64,000 nucleotides of DNA from a virus (lineage: Duplodnaviria; Heunggongvirae; Uroviricota; Caudoviricetes). Below are positions 12,101 through 20,176 of this stretch, one piece after another (the first letter of the stretch is position 1; the number at the start of each line of letters is the position of its first letter). Made by a program: the position numbers and the translations under genes. The stretch is taken from IMG/VR virus record IMGVR_UViG_3300035208_003871; one strand, given 5' to 3'. Under the pieces are notes generated by a model. That model worked only from the letters and a program-made list of their open reading frames with translations. It did no database searches and was not told where the DNA came from.

Positions 12101-15100
12101 TTGTACTTATATCATGAGTAATATCACTTGATGGAATTGTGGTAGGTTTATTACCCATATTATAACGGCTTAGTCCAGATTCTCTAAAGTTCTTAACTCC
12201 TTGTGCAGTCTGGAATTTTCTCATTAATGAATATGGATCTTGTAAACTACCTTCTGTAATATCCTTACGTAAGAAATCTGAAATTTTCGGACTTTCTAAT
12301 GTATCTATATTTCTAAGTTTATCAATTGAAACTGACCCAAATGGATTCTTTTTTCCTCTAGATGCATTACGTAATGCACGTTCCATCCTGTAAGCCTCGC
12401 GAACATCCATTCCCATTTCATCACGCATGTAACGAGTTGGTTCATAAAATCCCATTGATCTCGTTGGATCTTCAATTACACTTGCTGGTAATGGTTTCTC
12501 AAATGATCGTCTCATTACAGGTGAATTTAATGCAGCGACTAAGTCCGGTCTCACAGGGAATCTTCCATAACGTGAACTTGAACCAAGTCCAGTCTGACGA
12601 TGTTTACGTAATCCTGATAATCCAAAGTCATATCTCGAAGTTCCTCTTGCATATCCGGGAATTCCACCTTGCATAAACCCGGGAATACTTCCACCAATTG
12701 ATCTTCTTGCACCTATTTTACCAGATCCTTCTAATGCTTTACGCATTTTATAAGACATAATGTAAGCAATGTCATTTGATGGATTTGTATCTCCCATTGA
12801 TGTTCTAACGGGTAATTCATCAGAAGTTGGAGATCCAGTAGTTTCAAATTCGTAAGCTCCAGAACTTCCAACTCCACCTAAAAGTGGCAATATTGATTTT
12901 CCTGAATTTGCCATTTGACGAATAGGTTCAAGAATTCCAATTCCACCCATCTTATTAACTTGTGATTTCGTTAATCCAAGCTCTTCATCTGATACGCGAA
13001 TTAAATCATTTGGAATTTCACCATATGGTGTACCTTTTGCATATCCGGGAATTCCACCTTTCGCAAAAAATATACGATGTATATTATTACGCAAATTACT
13101 AGCTTTAAGAATGCTACTACGTTCTGAAGATTCCCCAAAATGAGGCGACATATAATTAGAAAACTTAGATCCGAGTTTACTTCGCTCACCGGGAGTAGAT
13201 CCGCCAAGTAAACCACTTTCAAATGATTGAGCTAATGTTTCAGCGATCCCACGTCTTTGAGCATAAACTTCTTGATCATCTTTACTTACTAAATGATTAT
13301 TTTTATATGTCGTAGTATAATAACTACGTTGGGTGGGACTAAATTGTTTATATGTAGATTTTCCATATGGCGTCAATTCATCTTTCATAGTTTTATAATA
13401 ATATGGAATTCTATCTCGCATAAACTCAAAGTCTTTATGATCTCCAAGTAAATTACGTTCAACTCTTGCATGAAACATTTCATGTAAAAATGCTTCTCTA
13501 TATCTATTATTTTGCAAAGGTGTTATATTTACATAATCTTCATTTGGATTATATGATGATGTTTTTTCATTTTGATGTCTTACTCCAATTGGAGTAAAAT
13601 CATAATTGAACTTTATTCTATTTGAATTAGACAATACCCCGGCTAGTGCAGTTACACCATTTGATAAATTACGAGATTCTGATTTATAGCTAGTTGCACC
13701 ACTTGATGCAAATGGATTTGAAAAACTTGGGGAATTTCCAATACCAAATAAAGGTTTATTAAATATTTTAACTTGTTTTAATAATTTATTTCGTAATTTT
13801 GAAAAATCTCCACGTGATGTAAGTTCATTTCTAGACAAAATATGAGAATATTTTTTTCTATAATTATTATATTCAGTATTTTGTTTTCTATAAAACATTG
13901 AATTATTTCTAAATAACGGCGATGTATCTAATCTTCCGCCTTTTGCAAATTTGCGGCTTTGTAACATATATCGCAAATATGCTTCTGATTTTGGACCATT
14001 TACTTCAGCTGATAAATCCTGAAATGATTTGTGTGGATTGTGTGGGTAGATGTAACTTTTATTATTGTTTAATCCTATAGCGGTTTCAAGTTCACCACCA
14101 AGTGCAAATCCACCGTAGCGATCTGGGTGATACAATCGATCAAACCAACCACTTAATCCAGTTAAATCAAAACTATCGGTTCCGGGAATTGAGCTCATAC
14201 TCTGACCTTGATCTACGGTTGATGAAAATGCAGACTGACCCGGATTTGCTAATTGCTGAAACGGATCGACTGATTGTCTACGGAACATATCATCGCGAAC
14301 CATGTGTCCCATATGACGAACATCACGGTTATAAAATGCACGTACCTGAGCACCCATTCCCGGAACTCCTCCACGTGCAAATCCAAAGTTTTCCTTAAGT
14401 TGACCACGTAATTTCAGTAATTTTTTCACTCTCTGTTCATGAGATCCCTTGTATTGCCAATCTCCTTCTCTTTCAATGAAACTTTCTGCCCATTCCTTTG
14501 ATTTATTTATATCTTCAATTCCCGGAGTTGAAATGCTCTGAGCTAGCATTTCATTTAACCCATGATATGCCACGGTATCAGGATCGTATCCTTTTGCAAA
14601 GAGTTCATTTTGAGTATCTTTTGCATATTGCGGTAATGTTTTATTAAATATGTTTCTTAAATTTTGCACTCCGCCAGCCTTTTCTGAAAATTCATCAATC
14701 ATACCCGGAGCTATTGATTGATGAACCATTTCGTGTTCAACTGTACGAGAATCTACATTTCCAACTAAATTAATCATATTTGTAGTTGGATCATAATGAG
14801 AACGATCAACATTTGGATCTGGTGATGTAGCATATGAACGAATTCTATTTACAGGTGCAGCATAATGAATACCTAATCCGGGATTTGCATACACTTTAGC
14901 AAATAAATTTTTTTTCGCTTCTGCTATCGCGACCTGATTATTTATAGATCCTCCACGTGCAAACATTGGGATGCTACCAACCATGCTTCCGATGCCTAAT
15001 AATCCTGCGGTACCACCTACTGCAGTTGCAATGTCAAATCCATGAGTTTTCACGAAACTTTTTGCACGTGAAAATATTGATGGTGATGATTTAAATGATT

Positions 15101-16148
15101 TAACTGGTGTACTTGGTATAATTGGTGCATTTTGTTTTGACGGTTTATTATATGCTTTGATTATGGCATTTAATTGAGATGATCCCATTGTTCCACTAAA
15201 ACCGTCATTTACTGTTGGTTTCTTTATTAATTTTTGTGTATATGGTTTTGATGGACGTGCCATTGGTAATACTGCTGCTAAACTCGCACCATTAATATTA
15301 CTAAGATTTCCGAATGGCTGTCTATTTGCTGCCCGGTTTTTATGAGTTACACTACCCATTCCACGCTGCATTGCACTTAAAATTGCTGTGGTTTCTGCCT
15401 CCTTAACAGCAGCCATTGTCGTAACAGTGTGCATTGCACGTTCAGATGATTCCCTTGCACGCTGTTTTCTGATCACGCCTGCTGGTATAACTGGAGTTGC
15501 TTTTGCCCTTGATTCTACTAACCCACTAATTTGTTTAAGATATTCGGTCTGCGACTTAGCTACCCCTTGTAAATGAGTCGCAGATTCAACAAATCCCGGT
15601 GGAAGATTTTTTCGCGCCTCGTTAATCATCTTCTTTTCGTAACGAGTTGTATTTATTAATTTACCAATTGTATGAGCAGCAGTAGATACAGTATTGAGTT
15701 TTTGTGCTGCTCTTTCATACATAGTATGCGACTTGTTTTGAGAAGTTGATGGATGAATATTTCCCATAGATGGATCGCTTAATACATCTTCATACTGCTT
15801 GTTTTTAGAAGTAAACTGTCGAATACGAGCATTATAACCTGCACGTTTAACGGCCTCTACACCATGTTTCTCAACTGCTTTTTTAACTTTTGCTTCCGCT
15901 AATGCATTTTCAGTATGCATTTTTGTGAATGCACGTCTTGTATTTTCGTAGTCAGTTTTACCTAGAGGAGATCCGGTTTTCGCTGTATTACCAATTGGTG
16001 AAGCGTGAATTAACCACTCTAACTCTTCGGGATTTGCATCTCCCAATTTTCTTATTAAATCACGTGTATTTGGAAACCCAGAGTCCTTAAGAAAATCTAC
16101 TATTTTCTTAGTATAATTTTTATATGGGTCAGTATAAGGGGCAGACAT
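6168..16148 (-). CDS. Tail tape-measure protein, 3326 aa, with two embedded HExxH metallopeptidase-like motifs.
   Basis: A single 9981-nt ORF downstream of the chaperone pair. It has a long hydrophobic, Gly/Ala-rich central segment typical of tape-measure proteins (approx. nt 9160-9640) and a Pro/Thr-rich linker (approx. nt 8750-8950). Two HExxH motifs are present: VEHEMVHQ at approx. nt 14715-14745 and FLHEMFHARVE at approx. nt 13458-13493. A motif F-[AM]-[KRQ]-G-G recurs five times along the protein. Confidence 0.85.
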   Translation of the reverse strand: MSAPYTDPYKNYTKKIVDFLKDSGFPNTRDLIRKLGDANPEELEWLIHASPIGNTAKTGSPLGKTDYENTRRAFTKMHTENALAEAKVKKAVEKHGVEAVKRAGYNARIRQFTSKNKQYEDVLSDPSMGNIHPSTSQNKSHTMYERAAQKLNTVSTAAHTIGKLINTTRYEKKMINEARKNLPPGFVESATHLQGVAKSQTEYLKQISGLVESRAKATPVIPAGVIRKQRARESSERAMHTVTTMAAVKEAETTAILSAMQRGMGSVTHKNRAANRQPFGNLSNINGASLAAVLPMARPSKPYTQKLIKKPTVNDGFSGTMGSSQLNAIIKAYNKPSKQNAPIIPSTPVKSFKSSPSIFSRAKSFVKTHGFDIATAVGGTAGLLGIGSMVGSIPMFARGGSINNQVAIAEAKKNLFAKVYANPGLGIHYAAPVNRIRSYATSPDPNVDRSHYDPTTNMINLVGNVDSRTVEHEMVHQSIAPGMIDEFSEKAGGVQNLRNIFNKTLPQYAKDTQNELFAKGYDPDTVAYHGLNEMLAQSISTPGIEDINKSKEWAESFIEREGDWQYKGSHEQRVKKLLKLRGQLKENFGFARGGVPGMGAQVRAFYNRDVRHMGHMVRDDMFRRQSVDPFQQLANPGQSAFSSTVDQGQSMSSIPGTDSFDLTGLSGWFDRLYHPDRYGGFALGGELETAIGLNNNKSYIYPHNPHKSFQDLSAEVNGPKSEAYLRYMLQSRKFAKGGRLDTSPLFRNNSMFYRKQNTEYNNYRKKYSHILSRNELTSRGDFSKLRNKLLKQVKIFNKPLFGIGNSPSFSNPFASSGATSYKSESRNLSNGVTALAGVLSNSNRIKFNYDFTPIGVRHQNEKTSSYNPNEDYVNITPLQNNRYREAFLHEMFHARVERNLLGDHKDFEFMRDRIPYYYKTMKDELTPYGKSTYKQFSPTQRSYYTTTYKNNHLVSKDDQEVYAQRRGIAETLAQSFESGLLGGSTPGERSKLGSKFSNYMSPHFGESSERSSILKASNLRNNIHRIFFAKGGIPGYAKGTPYGEIPNDLIRVSDEELGLTKSQVNKMGGIGILEPIRQMANSGKSILPLLGGVGSSGAYEFETTGSPTSDELPVRTSMGDTNPSNDIAYIMSYKMRKALEGSGKIGARRSIGGSIPGFMQGGIPGYARGTSRYDFGLSGLRKHRQTGLGSSSRYGRFPVRPDLVAALNSPVMRRSFEKPLPASVIEDPTRSMGFYEPTRYMRDEMGMDVREAYRMERALRNASRGKKNPFGSVSIDKLRNIDTLESPKISDFLRKDITEGSLQDPYSLMRKFQTAQGVKNFRESGLSRYNMGNKPTTIPSSDITHDISTMGTAIKRVTSSFVNLDKESAKIIRRSQRGDSIGMINPSMVLPGERRSWGGPDIGNYPSESLLGAKESTVKIPHSGMSAVPYLGGYNEPEGNSPFIKFNQLMENIKRQQRELLKLQPKFAADLSNMYKFIPDDRRTQLTTREFPNYGLPTEGLTHGVTLPEPEVMIQQRQRIQRSKRSPFTQAAINAVQAQPWGGAVENMGMLMPEDRPLAPFPPGKKGTHPSRLLNWQQSITDIQQSKRAFANISSNLYKGVLGKYGKDTQFEGQDKFSKLMEPVSGFLETPQGKIIKDMMDVPQRFVTEDFGTFNERRGQNVSPQILQKFKYIQGALRSGLEQPIKGTKTYREQISGEYERRVTDAEDEARIEISNIHRARREKQDTHKKNYLAGAKQSSHNERMRSLYGSDWRFELDPSMKTGSTTYSYANRPLYEMGAERTREGYVGGNKIIAGIKNIAPLRAMRRVVRGSDMSGAYEKFMTKFLNEQMDEIVSTTGQTTMDVSYGQLHPGATSSTVSPEEQINTVRENIARRQGGIKTAMESFLQTELGDVNASKYLKLDFADIIDYETEDGLKAARSNITVGFAGMREEIKKQYGKTDEEITGLQDKFEETFNVDIGRHGAGAKQATFTRGTEQVKGGGLQATTPMKISKLSKDFSWKAASISMSSMGVYFSLMGVFMQLQGALSGVMASLSDLNGMFKNVAYVQAFGGGLSKVNEIMGQAGTSQKDMVTAWKNAQGVQATFALGMTSLATAMFKDREFTDALSSSIRGLFKDLTNSDTLKTFKELLKAGAAALPAMVEGLKLFVGVLTFFKDKGWLEPLVKWAAYLMVATMLIQPLTSGLSLFLAVAGTAAELTAVFGGVTAGLAAMGVAALWLVGIGIALAAAWEVAARAIEFFTNGQTKILKPSDIIGGAYGALTGVKGYVGGGVIPKPAYDMVPGSPDDTVAALQSGETVIPRGGLKGYYTGTGQTLPSFMGITNNEIKRSNDNLQFTKTLRTLDEGNVTTRKEYDIFARADDGDGIGVYVRNWVTGFGNGGKEGEGGFPFDIGIIDRLLNALSFTPTPISGGPITTPTGLPVAATPSPFSVVPGNFPMVPEEETPISATSTASPLAANPLASTPIAVPNPNSVISIIKTVIANMAQSISGAWGNFVIKVGDATEFVHKGILDSFNIIYTTAGKIKEGAGNLAIALTSGGLVEAIKNTGTTLVKSAGSAIISANSNIGRSIGISGLGRGATIQDIYYHHAGYRELQDIKDYGPTGRSNTDYATRWREGKYTYAPGPSPIDVTRSAPITKSFNEFEKEFGKALSSFAQKNRQLILSDPDNYVENEAEGLLLEQRLKQKSLGLNVDAHGILKGDPLKSLDYFLTQGIDKSRKFHTAPLTDLSPGSGYLGAAGGAYKTGPFTLMSKPGQSLVDKTGKLDIGAVLVNKEQELAIQTLRDQYKDINFVTHDQVEDYLKGSLDLTQTHTPSKLSVNKPRFGGNLKQIWTPREVWGSDVPYDYGSTARKAITSGGNPYEVALDIAKVRGQNAAVGYGGRGFQWGGQKLAPVIEKGLGWLSGKTGLKIGVEAAEAAGKSAAGRKFLLSGLSKTSAILGTGFTKANMLAGNPAVFAGAHFLESRQASKEFRSGRPLNDMMSDNGKYNTFTGLLTGGFSTAGYAKGMKRWGETFGKSEEEMRDLMNQNKDLFEAGPSIGAMLRTGSKTTDKLLGTDFSQTLEDVGDTFEKGNQSLRDSIVSTNLKVGLGPLGEANVSEGVGDLVMGLNNAAANLANFDIEGIFGAGTSLIGLGEAGMELAGNTANEIGKNPIAAADLYMTAGMPGVPIPGMSFLGPYLASILMPKTTNYLANQTYGEGEYDGMGQMQTLVDSQQAMADNVKTMTDALTTNQEATIESLNNTNWAYAGKFNEAEYTPSFMKEPQSVSALNEAISNEVNTQISQKESTPQQMEIVISVSGSDKNEIATEVIRRLQSESIIEGIIRKTYTR

Positions 16149-16530
16149 AAAATAGGATTATATAATTAACCTTATATAAAAGAATATCAATTTACGGGAA
16201 CCATAAACTATAAATATAGGTAAAAGATCGATTTAGTAAATGGAAGCGCGATGCATAAATAAAATGGAGAATAATTGAGATCCCTTTTACAAGAGATCAT
16301 GAGGTAATAATGTAGAACTTGAGATGGGTGGAAAGAAAGATAAAACACCCATCAGAACGATACTCCGGGGATGAGATGAGACAGAGATTATCCAATTTAC
16401 TGTACAGTGGCACTCGATTTATGTTAGCTCCTCTGGATCGGGTGACAGATATTGTGTCATGGCGAATGGTTCCTGTGGCAGAACTTCTCTCCTATGACAC
16501 ATACATATTAGATGTTCAACAATATAAAAG

Positions 16531-16713
16531 TTACATCCCGAATTCAGTTTCCCGGTATGTTGCAAGAGAGTCAACCAGTTCTTTTATACAATTTATGATA
16601 TATCCCGCACATGCTAGATTTGTTTCATTAATTTCCATTTCAAGTGCAAAATCAAGCTTTTCCTGTAACTTTATAATCTGTTTTATGTAAGAAGCTATAA
16701 TAGCGTCATTCAT
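16531..16713 (-). CDS. Hypothetical 60-aa protein.
   Basis: A small ORF (MNDAIIASYIKQIIKLQEKL...) in the gap between the chaperone pair and the tape-measure gene. Its reality is uncertain. Confidence 0.2.
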   Translation of the reverse strand: MNDAIIASYIKQIIKLQEKLDFALEMEINETNLACAGYIINCIKELVDSLATYRETEFGM

Positions 16714-16747
16714 GTTAATTATATATGCTTAGAAACTATAAAAAAGT

Positions 16748-16981
16748 TCACATGTTTCCTCTCATCAGAGGTCCATATGATTTGTTCCAAAAATGCATCG
16801 CAATATCGATATCGAACATGATATGATCCATCCAATCAGGATCATCAAAGATTTCATGTGCAAAACATCCCTTATGCCATGCTAAAATTCCCAGAACCGT
16901 TTTCCATTTGGCATCATCATCGAGATCCCCTTGAGGATCAAGTTGACAAAAACCGGGATCTGTCGCCCACTCAGGCAACAA
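16748..16981 (-). CDS. Downstream (T-like) part of the tail assembly chaperone, probably expressed by a programmed frameshift from the upstream G-like ORF.
   Basis: There is no ATG start; the ORF track translates a TTG as M. The frame is open for about 13 codons upstream into the end of the 133-aa ORF, in the +1 (equivalently -2) frame. It sits at the canonical position immediately before the tape-measure gene. Confidence 0.4.
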   Translation of the reverse strand: MLPEWATDPGFCQLDPQGDLDDDAKWKTVLGILAWHKGCFAHEIFDDPDWMDHIMFDIDIAMHFWNKSYGPLMRGNM

Positions 16982-17372
16982 GCCGAAACAAGTCTTGACG
17001 CACGTTCATTGTGTTGAACGAGGCTAAGAATATCACCCACTGATCTTCACCGGGTAAATCATCTATTTTGTGTGAAATAAGAATGTTCGGTAATACTTCT
17101 TCTAACCACTGATCAAAAACTTCCTGCATACGTTCTTGATCTGCCGGAGAAACGACTTGCTCGCCGTTTTCCTCGATAGTTGACTTTGGCATTGCCTTTG
17201 TTAACAATCTGAAATGAAGTGCTCCAAGTTTTCCTCTTGGTTTTTCAATCTCATATAAATCGTTTCCTGTCTCTATCTTCAAGGTACGAGATTTTGGATC
17301 GATACGAGGTTTGTTATCCTCAACAGACTGATTTTCTACAGAATGTTCGCCTGATGGTTTTCTTGGTGCCAT
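16971..17372 (-). CDS. Tail assembly chaperone (G-like).
   Basis: A 133-aa acidic protein between the major tail protein and the tape-measure gene. Its 3' end overlaps the next ORF, which lies in another frame. Confidence 0.5.
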   Translation of the reverse strand: MAPRKPSGEHSVENQSVEDNKPRIDPKSRTLKIETGNDLYEIEKPRGKLGALHFRLLTKAMPKSTIEENGEQVVSPADQERMQEVFDQWLEEVLPNILISHKIDDLPGEDQWVIFLASFNTMNVRQDLFRLVA

Positions 17373-17456
17373 AGTAAATATGTATCGATTAACCGCTATA
17401 TAAAACTAAATCGACGTTTTTAAAAAAAGTTAAAGTTAAATTGAGTTGAGAAAAAT

Positions 17457-18344
17457 TTATGAGAAAATAATCTTGCTGCTTGCAGTCGTTTCTGCACGCC
17501 AATTAATTGTTTTCTCAAACTTATTACGTCCGGTAACATTGGCTGTAGCATCACTAATTTTACAATTTGGAATAGTAATTGTTCTGATTACAGATGTTCC
17601 GGTTGGTTCAGCTAATAGAATTTCTATTTCGCCAAATTCAATATCGTTTGCATTTGAAGACTGAACCACTCCGGGAAATGGATCGTCTGTGCTTAATGCA
17701 TTTTGCAAATCTGACCATTCTTTTGGTCCAAGTCCAATAGATCCAGAAACCGTAACTGCTCCACTCTGAACATAATCATCAAGATATTCGTGTCCAAGAA
17801 TGTAGTAATCCTGATCAATTGGTCGCTCTACCCTGACCGAAATGTTCATACATTTAATTGCAACAGAATTTACTGTAATTGTAGTGTTATAAAACACACT
17901 TACACTATTGGAATATGTTGGAGCAACACTAAATGAGTGAGTATCTGCACTAGCATCTCCACCAATCCAGTTAAATGATACTTTAGCAAAATCCTTTGTT
18001 TGAACATTCAAGTCCATAGAAGTAATCATAACAGATGCAACTTTGTATCCGTGACCAAACTCATCTGAAACATAAATATTGTTAAACCAAGCACCAGAAG
18101 CTGGCAATTCACCAAGTCCACTGGTTACTGCCTGTCCAAAAAGTTTTTCTACAATTACATCAAGATCGGTTCTGTATATTCCATCAATTGTTCCACTTGA
18201 GAGATAAGTTCCACCGAAAAGCTTAGATTCTCCAACGGCAGACATTGTTTCTTCAGCAATCAGATTTCTTGCAACGCTCATGCTAACACCGCTAACGGGT
18301 AGCAAAGTTGTACCATTTACTGAAAGACCTCTGTATGTTGCCAT
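17457..18344 (-). CDS. Major tail protein, paralogue B (295 aa).
   Basis: It lies immediately upstream of the chaperone genes. It shares motifs with the 379-aa neighbour: IDQDYYILGHEYLD versus MDQDYFYIGSEFLQ, and the C-terminus TGRNKFEKTINWRAE versus TGRNQFEKTVNWKAQ. Confidence 0.55.
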   Translation of the reverse strand: MATYRGLSVNGTTLLPVSGVSMSVARNLIAEETMSAVGESKLFGGTYLSSGTIDGIYRTDLDVIVEKLFGQAVTSGLGELPASGAWFNNIYVSDEFGHGYKVASVMITSMDLNVQTKDFAKVSFNWIGGDASADTHSFSVAPTYSNSVSVFYNTTITVNSVAIKCMNISVRVERPIDQDYYILGHEYLDDYVQSGAVTVSGSIGLGPKEWSDLQNALSTDDPFPGVVQSSNANDIEFGEIEILLAEPTGTSVIRTITIPNCKISDATANVTGRNKFEKTINWRAETTASSKIIFS

Positions 18345-18374
18345 TTCATACCTCCTCTAAAAAAGAGGATAGGT

Positions 18375-19514
18375 TTACACGTTGTAAACCTCAATATAGA
18401 ACTTATCTACATCATTAATCTGAGCTTTCCAATTAACTGTCTTTTCGAACTGGTTACGTCCAGTAAGTGAACGTGCCATTTCAGTAAGTTTTGCAGTATT
18501 ACAGGTAATTCTTGCAACCTCAGCAGATCCAGTTGGTGTGTGAAGAACTACAATAAACTCTCCTGATGGAATTGCATTTGCAAGTACTGTTGTGGCACAT
18601 GTGTCCGGATCAACTGAACCAAAGAATTCACGCTTTCCCTGATCAAGAGTATTCACACCAAGTGTAGTCTCTCCAGCAAGCATAGTACGTACACGCTGCC
18701 AGTCACCAGCACCAAGGGTAATAGTCCCTCCTAAATCAGTAAGACCGTTGTAGTACAATCCCTGTAAGAACTCACTACCAATGTAGAAGTAATCCTGATC
18801 CATTGTACGTGCAAGGGTCATCGTAAATCCTTTACACTTCAATGTTTCGTAAACACTAGATCCTTGGGGTTTCCACTTTAGAACCGCATTATAGAAAATT
18901 GCTGGTTCTCCAGTTACAGTGTTATTTGGTGAGTTATTTCCGGCATCGTACACTTCAGCTCTACGTGCAATCCACTGGAATGTTGAACGACTGTATTCTT
19001 TAACATTGAGTGTAACTTCCATGTTAGTAATACCAACACCACGATAAATCGTAGTGGTTCCGTGAACATCGTTAGATCCAGAAGTATCAGTTGCCTGTTC
19101 ATCCACAATTTTTAACGCAAGTGCCTGTGGAACCATTGCGAGTTCATATCTTAATCCTGCGCCGTGAACACAGCTTGATGCTATATTCACAGGATCTTGT
19201 GTACCAAGAGCTCCAAGAAGTAATCCTGAAGTTGCGAAATCCCAACCACGGAATGCTGCTTCAAACTGTCCATTAGCACCGTAAGTACCCCCGTAGATAC
19301 TTGCTGCTGCTACCTGATCAATAGATTCTTCGATAATAACATCACGATTTGCATTATCTGAAAAAGAATTAACCCGGATAGATTTGAAGGCAGGTGTGTG
19401 AGTAGCTCCTGAAACATAAGTTAAATAATCATTAGCAGTACTAAATCCTGCTGTAATTACATAATCGTTGATTTCCTCTTCATCATATGCGTATGAATCA
19501 GTAGTAATCGCCAA
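18375..19514 (-). CDS. Major tail protein, paralogue A (379 aa).
   Basis: It is a paralogue of 17457..18344. The annotated start is a TTG, so the true start is uncertain. An AAGGGGGA sequence lies upstream. Confidence 0.55.
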   Translation of the reverse strand: MAITTDSYAYDEEEINDYVITAGFSTANDYLTYVSGATHTPAFKSIRVNSFSDNANRDVIIEESIDQVAAASIYGGTYGANGQFEAAFRGWDFATSGLLLGALGTQDPVNIASSCVHGAGLRYELAMVPQALALKIVDEQATDTSGSNDVHGTTTIYRGVGITNMEVTLNVKEYSRSTFQWIARRAEVYDAGNNSPNNTVTGEPAIFYNAVLKWKPQGSSVYETLKCKGFTMTLARTMDQDYFYIGSEFLQGLYYNGLTDLGGTITLGAGDWQRVRTMLAGETTLGVNTLDQGKREFFGSVDPDTCATTVLANAIPSGEFIVVLHTPTGSAEVARITCNTAKLTEMARSLTGRNQFEKTVNWKAQINDVDKFYIEVYNV

Positions 19515-19636
19515 TTCTCTTATTGCTATAGTTATTCCCCCTTTACATTTTTATTATTCAAGAAAGTGCAGATTCATTCTCCGTTAATGGAAACATTTAT
19601 ATCTACCTTTATATAAATCAAAATATGGAAGTGAAC

Positions 19637-19768
19637 TATGATAACAGAAAACTGCAATGAAGAATGTTCGTGCTTTAAGTGGCTCGAAGAAAAAGACTTA
19701 TTTTATTGCGCCTGCACCGGAAAAGTTGTAGAAAAAGGAATGAAATGTTTAGTAATTAAATCTAATTA
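19637..19768 (+). CDS. Tiny Cys-rich protein (43 aa) encoded antisense between a tail gene and a head gene.
   Basis: ATGATAACAGAAAACTGC... translates to MITENCNEECSCFKWLEEKDLFYCACTGKVVEKGMKCLVIKSN. GGAAGTGAA lies 4 nt upstream. It falls below the ORF-track size cutoff. Confidence 0.25.
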
Positions 19769-20175
19769 ATTAATTCAGAATTTGGATCTTCCCAATCAAT
19801 CTCGAAAGAATACCTGCAATTCATTTCTACACGATTTGTTGTACCTAGTGGGATCACATCTGTATCGGTAAAATAAAATGATGTGCAGGCAGGTGCTTCT
19901 GATTTTTCCACATCCCGCGTTACTTTTCTTAAAACCGAGGAAATTTTTTGTGGAATGTCATTATTGTTGTGAATACAAAACACAACCTTGCACCATGCAG
20001 TATTCCAATATGATTCCTGAGTATCCGGTTCATTATCGAATTGTGAATAGACAACGGCACACTCCCCTTCCGACATTTCGTTTGTATAATTGTCATTAAC
20101 AGTGAATCCCATTTCTCTCATCGATCTTTCTATATAATATTTACAATCTTTAATTCGTTCTTTATATATTGGCAT
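19762..20175 (-). CDS. Hypothetical head-tail joining or completion protein (137 aa).
   Basis: It lies between the head and tail modules. Its start is 1 nt after the upstream gene's stop. Confidence 0.4.
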   Translation of the reverse strand: MPIYKERIKDCKYYIERSMREMGFTVNDNYTNEMSEGECAVVYSQFDNEPDTQESYWNTAWCKVVFCIHNNNDIPQKISSVLRKVTRDVEKSEAPACTSFYFTDTDVIPLGTTNRVEMNCRYSFEIDWEDPNSELIN

Positions 20176-20176
20176 A

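Noticed and set aside
6679-15576. Numerous 60-140-aa plus-strand ORFs inside the tape-measure gene (for example 6679..6939, 8659..9048, 9286..9615, 10084..10742, 12362..12676 and 14102..14398).
   Set aside because: They are shadow ORFs on the antisense strand of a 10-kb gene. They have Pro/Ser/Ile-rich low-complexity translations and no starts with RBS.
16319-16690. A 123-aa plus-strand ORF in the chaperone-to-tape-measure gap.
   Set aside because: Arg/Ser-rich odd composition on the non-operon strand, with no RBS.
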